Positions 57,789 to 64,000 of a DNA stretch of 64,000 bases are shown in pieces. The stretch is from IMG/VR virus record IMGVR_UViG_3300042894_005670; one strand, given 5' to 3'. The DNA is from a virus. A model generated the notes under the pieces. That model had not been told where the DNA came from. It did no database searches and saw only the letters and a program-made list of their open reading frames with translations. Both the position numbers and the translations under genes were made by a program. Each line of letters begins with the position of its first letter. Positions within the stretch are counted from its first letter, which is position 1.

Positions 57789-60626
57789 CTACTTAATACC
57801 TGCTAATTTTAACCATCCATCTAAACTTTCACTTTCTGCTACAGGACGCACTTGTGTTTTAGGAAGTGTAGTGTTATCAACCTTAGGACCGTTTAATCCA
57901 CCACTAAGTGCTTGTAACATATAATTCATTTCTGTTTGGAATTCTTCATCACTTAATTTATTCTGTGGTGAATTTGCCCATTCATCAACTTTTTTCTTGT
58001 CTTTTTTATCATCATATTCGATATCTTTGGTAACTTTTTTACCTGCTTTTTCAGCTTTGGCATCATCTTTACCTTTATGACCTTCATCATACTCTATATC
58101 TTGAGTTACTTTTTTCCCTGCCTTTTCTGCATGTTCATCTTTTTCAGCAGTAGATTCTTCAGCAATCATTGCTAATTTCTTGAACAATCCTTCAAAAGTA
58201 TAACCTTCTTCATCTAGCTTATCGTGTTGAGCACGAATCTTTGCCATTTCTTCTTTTCCTGCTCCTTCACGTCCTGCCTGCTGAAGTGCTTTCATACCTT
58301 CTTCACCATACTTCTTTTTACCAAGATATGCTTGTAGCGCACTTTCTTCAACTTCATCTTCATGCATGGCTTCCATATAACCACATTCATTGCACTCATG
58401 TGCTGATTCTTCCATAGGTGAACCACACTCCATACAAGATTTTTCTTCAAATGTTGCAGGTTGATCTAATGCTTCTTCAGGTACATATGATGCTGCTAAA
58501 CCTGCATCACGCATCGCTTCAGATCTTTCATCTTTTTCACCTGCTACATCTGTAGGATCGTCTGCATCATATGAATCTTCTTTAATATCTTCTTCATCGT
58601 CATCAGATTCTGATCCACCATAATGCTTACCTGCATGATGTTTTGTTACACCATCTTTACGCTCGATACGGCCACCTGTTGATGACTTTTCTGTATGATC
58701 TTTATGATCCTCATCATCAGCTTCTTCAACTTGTTTTTTATAACCCATTGCTTCATATTTTTTAATCACATCAGGTTCATCTCGTACTACAATTTCTTTA
58801 CCTGATGTTTTATGAACCATGTTGCACTTACCACCTGTATCTTTTACAGGACCTAAATCGTCTGATTCATCAATATCTTTAGTCTTAATCGCATTAGTGC
58901 CAGGAATCTTTTCACCAATCTTTACGTCATCGTCTTCTAACCCTTTTGTGAAAAGATTACCTTCTTCTACTTCAGCTTCATCCATCTTATTAGCCATTGG
59001 ACTCATCTCTGCATTTCCAGGACTTGCTGTCTGTGTTTGACCTTCATCACATCCACAATCAGCCTCAACAGGTATACCAATCATTTTCTTTAAGAATGAT
59101 AAATCAGTATCGCCATTATCATCATGTTCTTGTCCACCTAATTGACCTAATACTTCATCTTGATCAGTTACCTCAGGTCCCATATCATGTGCAGCATCTG
59201 CACCACCATGACCAATACCTGCGTTACGTAATAGTTCCATCATTGATTTAGCATCTTCGCCTGATGCACTAACGCTAACGCTATCTTCTTGTCCCATCGG
59301 ACCACCTGTAGAAGTTGTAACAGTTAAACCTTCTTGTAATAAAGATTGTAATTGTGAATCCCAACTTTCTTCTACTTTACCAAATTTTTTACCTTTATGC
59401 TTTGAACGTATTGCAAATTCAATTTGATTTTGTTTTTTATACTGAGGTGAACCTTCTTTATGTGGTCCTGACTTTTTGAGTTTTGATAACATTGACTGTA
59501 ACTCGTCAATTGATTTATCAGCATATTCACCTGTTTTTTCAATTTTAGCGTCACCTGCCCATTTTTCATCTAACTTTTTTGCTTCAAAGGCAAATTCACG
59601 TTGACTTGTTTCAAATGCTGATTTTTTCATACTTGGTTCCATATCTAATTGTTTATTTAATTGACGGTTGGCTTGCTGTTGTGGCACCAAATCTACCGTA
59701 GATTTTACACCAACTGTGTCTAATGTTGCGGGTTTACGCATTGATGGTGGGAAATCATATTCTTTCTTTGCCTCATGCATAACACCTGTATCTTCCATAT
59801 AACAACTTTCAACATGTCTGCGAAGTTCTTCTAGTGGACCATGCCAAATTTTACGTGGGATACGACCTTCTTTATAATAATGATCGCACAATGCCTCATA
59901 TAATCCTTCATCCATTGACCAACCTTCTTGACACATTTTGTGTTCATGTGGATAGGCTTCTAAAATTTCTTCAAGCATACTTTCCATAATAGGTTGTTTA
60001 TTAGCATCAGCACTTTCATACATACTTTCATCTTTCTTATGCTTTTTATTATATTCATCCCATGCAGTAGCATAAAGAACACCTTCCCAACGATCACCGT
60101 ATTGTTTCTTAAATGCTTCTTTACGACCTTTAATCCAATCTTCCATGCCTGGAGGGGCGACTTCTTCTAAATTTTCCTCGCCTAATGCAGTAACTTCTTT
60201 ATTTTTTACTGCTTTATCTAATGCAGCTTTTAATGGATCGTTAGGATCTTTAAAATCTATAACTTTCATGCCAACTGCAGCATTACCCGCAGGACGTGAT
60301 GTTGCTGATGGCTGTGTAGTTGCACCAATTGAGGGTACTGCTACTTGGCTTTGATCAAGTGCGACTTCATCTAATTGCTGCTTTTCTGTTTCAATTTGTT
60401 CCATATACTCTTTAAGCTTATGGGTTACACTTGTTTTACCAACAGCTTTAGCAGGTTTTTTACCAATAATATCTTGAATATCTGCACCACCACTAGTATC
60501 TAATTCTTTAGATGGTTTATCATCTTTATCATCTTTTTGTGAAGAACCACCATAGGCAGTACCACTAACTTTACGTGTGCCTTCCTCAAGTTGAGAAATT
60601 TGTGCAATAATTGATCTTAAATCCAT
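57789..60626 (-). CDS. Acidic head/internal polyprotein or scaffold-like protein
   Basis: 945 aa, Glu-rich, more than 20 hydrophobic-x-E motifs, LKLAGIK end, TAAATA upstream. Confidence 0.6.
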   Translation of the reverse strand: MDLRSIIAQISQLEEGTRKVSGTAYGGSSQKDDKDDKPSKELDTSGGADIQDIIGKKPAKAVGKTSVTHKLKEYMEQIETEKQQLDEVALDQSQVAVPSIGATTQPSATSRPAGNAAVGMKVIDFKDPNDPLKAALDKAVKNKEVTALGEENLEEVAPPGMEDWIKGRKEAFKKQYGDRWEGVLYATAWDEYNKKHKKDESMYESADANKQPIMESMLEEILEAYPHEHKMCQEGWSMDEGLYEALCDHYYKEGRIPRKIWHGPLEELRRHVESCYMEDTGVMHEAKKEYDFPPSMRKPATLDTVGVKSTVDLVPQQQANRQLNKQLDMEPSMKKSAFETSQREFAFEAKKLDEKWAGDAKIEKTGEYADKSIDELQSMLSKLKKSGPHKEGSPQYKKQNQIEFAIRSKHKGKKFGKVEESWDSQLQSLLQEGLTVTTSTGGPMGQEDSVSVSASGEDAKSMMELLRNAGIGHGGADAAHDMGPEVTDQDEVLGQLGGQEHDDNGDTDLSFLKKMIGIPVEADCGCDEGQTQTASPGNAEMSPMANKMDEAEVEEGNLFTKGLEDDDVKIGEKIPGTNAIKTKDIDESDDLGPVKDTGGKCNMVHKTSGKEIVVRDEPDVIKKYEAMGYKKQVEEADDEDHKDHTEKSSTGGRIERKDGVTKHHAGKHYGGSESDDDEEDIKEDSYDADDPTDVAGEKDERSEAMRDAGLAASYVPEEALDQPATFEEKSCMECGSPMEESAHECNECGYMEAMHEDEVEESALQAYLGKKKYGEEGMKALQQAGREGAGKEEMAKIRAQHDKLDEEGYTFEGLFKKLAMIAEESTAEKDEHAEKAGKKVTQDIEYDEGHKGKDDAKAEKAGKKVTKDIEYDDKKDKKKVDEWANSPQNKLSDEEFQTEMNYMLQALSGGLNGPKVDNTTLPKTQVRPVAESESLDGWLKLAGIK

Positions 60627-60682
60627 ATTTGTTTCCTTAATTCTTCACAATGGTATATAGTATTTAACATTTTTATCTAAAT

Positions 60683-60856
60683 TTAGGTTAATTTTGTAAA
60701 TCGCCATTATTGGATGATGCTGTAGTGGACATTTTCAATTTGTGTGACACTTGTACTTACAACTGTTGGTGTACCAATAGTTGGAGCGTTAAAAACAAAA
60801 GCACTTGTTAGTGTTATTAACCCATAAATTGTTATACCTGATAGCGTAAATTTCAT
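60683..60856 (-). pseudogene. Truncated, frameshifted remnant of an FN3-fibre paralog
   Basis: MKFTLSGITIYGLITL...NAPTIGT...TQI, then TASSNNG in another frame; matches APTIGT...TQIDVPYTASSSNGG of the upstream gene. Confidence 0.65.
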
Positions 60857-60868
60857 TTTTAAATATTC

Positions 60869-63800
60869 TTATCTAGTTGTATTAGCAGTATTTGTAGATG
60901 GGAATGATCTACCTGTTCCCCATATAATACGTACAGCACCGTTGCCACCCCTACCTCCATGATTTGGGCAATTTACAACGAAACCACCTCCACCACCTCC
61001 ATATAGCCCACCTGCACCTCCACCATTTGCACCATTTGTACCGCTAGATCCGCCACCGCCACCTGTATTAGGAGATGATGCACCTACTCCATTTGCACCT
61101 TGTCCATATATTCCAACTCCACCACCTGCACCCGCACCTGCACCCCAAGGATTACCTGTAGTGCTGATCATACCTCCACCTGCTCCTCCACCTGATCCAT
61201 TTCCTGCACTTACACTTGCATTGTTAGAACCGTCACCACCTGCTCCCGAATAACCTCCTGCGCCACCTCCGCCACTTGCAAACCAACCAGGCGCACATCG
61301 AGCACCATTTCCTCCATTACCACCACCACCACCAATAAATGTTCCACCACGAACATTAGTGGGTGAAGCATTTTCACCACCATTGCCTCCACCCCCTGAA
61401 ACAGTTGTAGAACTTATAAAATAACTAGGGGAACCGTTAAGCCCTGGGGCACGATTAGTTGCAGGGTTTCCTCCCGCTCCTACAACTAATGTATAAGAAT
61501 TTTGAGGTACAATAGGGATATTATTTTTATATCCTAAACCGCCACCACCGCCTCCTGAAGAACCCGCACAACCACCTGCTCCTCCACCGCCACCACCACC
61601 AACTGCAACTACATTGACATTAGATACTCCCACAGGCGCAATCCAAGTATAAGTCCCAGGTGTTGTGTACTCTGCTTGAGCGTTAGCACCACCATATGTT
61701 ATTGAATTACTTGCAGGACTTTGTGGTCCTGCGCCAAATTCATTCACTGCATATACTTTAAACGTGTAAGCAGTACCTGAAGTAAGTGAAAAATTATTGC
61801 TATAAACAATACTACCACTACTTGCTTGACTTAAAGTTGCTACTACGTTTCCTGGCGTTGATATCGCTCTATGACTTGTAATAGTTCCACCGTTAGCACT
61901 TGCAGCAGTAAATGGTACCGTTACTGTGCCTGTCGAAGTTGTTACTGTCCCTATGGAAGGTGTTGTCGGTAAATTTATACCTACGTTTGTTGACGGAAAT
62001 GAACGTCCTGTGCCCCAAACAATACGTACTGCTCCATTACCTCCTCTACCACCAAATTGAGCGGGGTTATTTCTACTCCAACCTCCACCTCCTCCACCAT
62101 ACAAACCACCACCTAAAACCCCACCTGCGTTGTTACCACCGTTTGTACCATTGCTACCACTAGATCCACCACCACCACCAACTCCTTCACCACTACCACC
62201 TGCACCACTTGGTCCCTCACCATATACACCTGTGCCGCCGCCACCGCCACCACCTGAGGAAAATGGGTAAGAGCCTACGCCCCCACCACCACCGCCACCT
62301 GATCCACTTAAAGCAGAAACAGTATTTGCGCTGCCATTAGCACCATTGCCACTGTAACCACCTGCCCCACCTCCACCTCCTGTAGACTGCCATCCTCCTG
62401 AGCCAAATAGACCGTGACCTCCTGTTCCTCCACCATTTCCAACATGCCCCCCTCCAGCCGCATTCGCTTGAGAGTGTCTACCTGTTCCTCCCGTTCCACC
62501 ATTACCTGCTACAGTAGAGGTATTAATAAAATAACTTTGACCACCACTAGAACCCCCGCTATTATTACCGCCTGCACCGCCTGATCCTGCAACAACAGTA
62601 TAAGATGACCCCCCAGTAACAGATATTGCATTTCTATAACCTAAACCACCACCACCCCCAGCTCCAACAGCCTGCCCAGGTGTTGCTCCACATGGACTAC
62701 ATGCGCCTGATCCCCCACCGCCTCCACCACCAATTGCAACTACGCTAACACTAGTAACACCCGCAGGTGCTACCCATGTGTAAGTTCCCGCTATATATAT
62801 TGAAGCATCAGAACCTGCGCCACTAGGTGCTGTAACTAAACTGCTTGGGTTTGAAAGTGCTCCTATACCCACAGAATTAGTTGCATATACCCTAAAAGTA
62901 TAACTTTGTCCTGCAATAAATGCATTGCTCATGGTAATTGTACCGCTACTTGCTTGACTAGCAGATACAGTAAAATTATCAGGGTCACTTATAGCAGTAT
63001 GAGTTGTTATAGGACTACCACCATTTGCAGGTGCAGTAAATGGCACAGATGCGGTACTACCTGAAAAAGACACGGTACCAACTGTTGCTTGGCTAGGTGC
63101 ATTAGCAGGTACTACTGCATTACTTGCTGCACTATTAGGTGAATTACCAACGCTATTTGTTGCATATACAACAAACGTATAACTAGTTCCTTGTGTTAAA
63201 CCTGTTACAGTAATAGATCCACTACTTGCTTGAGATATTGTTCCTGTAATCGAACCAGGTGTACTTACCGCTGTATAACTTGTTATAGCGCTACCACCAT
63301 TACTTGATGATGCTGTATATCCCACGCTTACAGACGTATTACTCAAAACAGAAGCTGTACCAATTGTTGGAGCAGTTGGGACACTTACAGGAGTTATAGC
63401 ATTACTTGCTGCACTATTAGGTGAATTACCTACACTATTTGTTGCGTATACTACAAACGTATAAGATGTCCCTGCTGTTAATCCGCTAACACGTATTGTT
63501 CCGCTACTTGCTTGTGACAATGTCCCCGTAATTGACCCAGGTGTACTTACCGCTGTATAACTTGTGATTGCGTTACCACCATCACTTGATGATGCTGTAT
63601 AGGGCACATCAATTTGGGTGGAACTTCCACCTACAAGTGCTGCTGTACCAATCGTTGGAGCAGTTGGTACTACTGCAGGAGCGATAGAATTACTTGCTGC
63701 ACTATTGGGTGAATTACCAATACTATTTGTTGCATATACAACAAAAGTATAACTTGTTCCTTGTGTTAATCCACTTACACGTATAGTACCGCTACTTGCT

Positions 63801-64000
63801 TGTGATAATGTACCCGTAATTGACCCAGGTGTACTTACCGCTGTATAGCTTGTTATAGGTGAACCACCATTGCTTGATGATGCTGTATATGGAACATCTA
63901 TTTGTGTACCACTTCCACTAACACGTATTGCTGTACCAATTGTTGGCGCACTTGCTACAAGACCCGCATATATTGAGTTACTTGCTGCACTATTTGGTGA
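60869..64000 (-). CDS. FN3-repeat, glycine-rich fibre protein (5' end beyond window)
   Basis: Frame open to 64000 (the 63607 start is internal); APTIGT...YTF.VYA.N..G FN3 units; two Gly-rich modules ending GAVRI.WG.GRSFPSTN. Confidence 0.8.
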   Translation of the reverse strand, partial: SPNSAASNSIYAGLVASAPTIGTAIRVSGSGTQIDVPYTASSSNGGSPITSYTAVSTPGSITGTLSQASSGTIRVSGLTQGTSYTFVVYATNSIGNSPNSAASNSIAPAVVPTAPTIGTAALVGGSSTQIDVPYTASSSDGGNAITSYTAVSTPGSITGTLSQASSGTIRVSGLTAGTSYTFVVYATNSVGNSPNSAASNAITPVSVPTAPTIGTASVLSNTSVSVGYTASSSNGGSAITSYTAVSTPGSITGTISQASSGSITVTGLTQGTSYTFVVYATNSVGNSPNSAASNAVVPANAPSQATVGTVSFSGSTASVPFTAPANGGSPITTHTAISDPDNFTVSASQASSGTITMSNAFIAGQSYTFRVYATNSVGIGALSNPSSLVTAPSGAGSDASIYIAGTYTWVAPAGVTSVSVVAIGGGGGGGSGACSPCGATPGQAVGAGGGGGLGYRNAISVTGGSSYTVVAGSGGAGGNNSGGSSGGQSYFINTSTVAGNGGTGGTGRHSQANAAGGGHVGNGGGTGGHGLFGSGGWQSTGGGGGAGGYSGNGANGSANTVSALSGSGGGGGGGVGSYPFSSGGGGGGGTGVYGEGPSGAGGSGEGVGGGGGSSGSNGTNGGNNAGGVLGGGLYGGGGGGWSRNNPAQFGGRGGNGAVRIVWGTGRSFPSTNVGINLPTTPSIGTVTTSTGTVTVPFTAASANGGTITSHRAISTPGNVVATLSQASSGSIVYSNNFSLTSGTAYTFKVYAVNEFGAGPQSPASNSITYGGANAQAEYTTPGTYTWIAPVGVSNVNVVAVGGGGGGGAGGCAGSSGGGGGGLGYKNNIPIVPQNSYTLVVGAGGNPATNRAPGLNGSPSYFISSTTVSGGGGNGGENASPTNVRGGTFIGGGGGNGGNGARCAPGWFASGGGGAGGYSGAGGDGSNNASVSAGNGSGGGAGGGMISTTGNPWGAGAGAGGGVGIYGQGANGVGASSPNTGGGGGSSGTNGANGGGAGGLYGGGGGGFVVNCPNHGGRGGNGAVRIIWGTGRSFPSTNTANTTR
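63121..64000. repeat. Highly similar tandem 282-288 bp FN3-coding repeats
   Basis: TACTTGCTGCACTATT at 63121, 63403, 63691 and 63979. Confidence 0.9.

Noticed and set aside
419-62502. Many short plus-strand and nested ORFs in the ORF track
   Set aside because: They lie antisense to, or out of frame within, well-supported genes and show no motifs or RBS; only phoH and the GIY-YIG gene are credible on the plus strand.
1-64000. Stop-codon reassignment as in some large phages
   Set aside because: Long core genes are intact in the standard code, and TAG (e.g. 3333) and TGA both end tightly packed genes.
60869-64000. Diversity-generating retroelement TR/VR pair among fibre repeats
   Set aside because: Repeats are in-frame coding units, differences are not adenine-specific, and no reverse transcriptase is in the window.
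1-64000. tRNA or rRNA genes
   Set aside because: Intergenic gaps are short and I saw no cloverleaf with a T-loop consensus; tRNAscan-SE would confirm.

Overview
64 kb of an AT-rich (about one-third GC by eye) large tailed dsDNA phage with a T4-like replication and late-transcription plan, read in the standard code. All credible genes are on the minus strand except phoH and a GIY-YIG endonuclease. Layout: UvsW helicase and small early genes (0-12.5 kb); RNase H, UvsE, sliding clamp and family-B DNA polymerase (12.5-21.4 kb); a block of probable virion-packaged, protease-processed effectors (21.5-31.2 kb); ClpA/PDF/DnaJ/holin/PhoH; clamp loader, two flavin halogenase-like genes, GroES and a stand-alone DnaE fragment; then baseplate, GH19 endolysin, tail fibre, an acidic head polyprotein and an FN3/Gly-rich fibre running off the right edge. 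Best candidate new system: modular cargo polyproteins whose modules are separated by Glu-ending prohead-protease-type motifs. One module is bounded by an exact 16-bp direct repeat encoding the GVAE|G site, and another begins with a cryptic Tat signal that cleavage would unmask. Other signals: strong avoidance of CCAG/CCGG except as CCWGG, which marks recently acquired DNA; a candidate -1 frameshift in a small secreted protein; a phasin-like cluster with a PhaR-like operator; and a shuffled small-gene family. All family assignments come from motifs read by eye; no searches were run.
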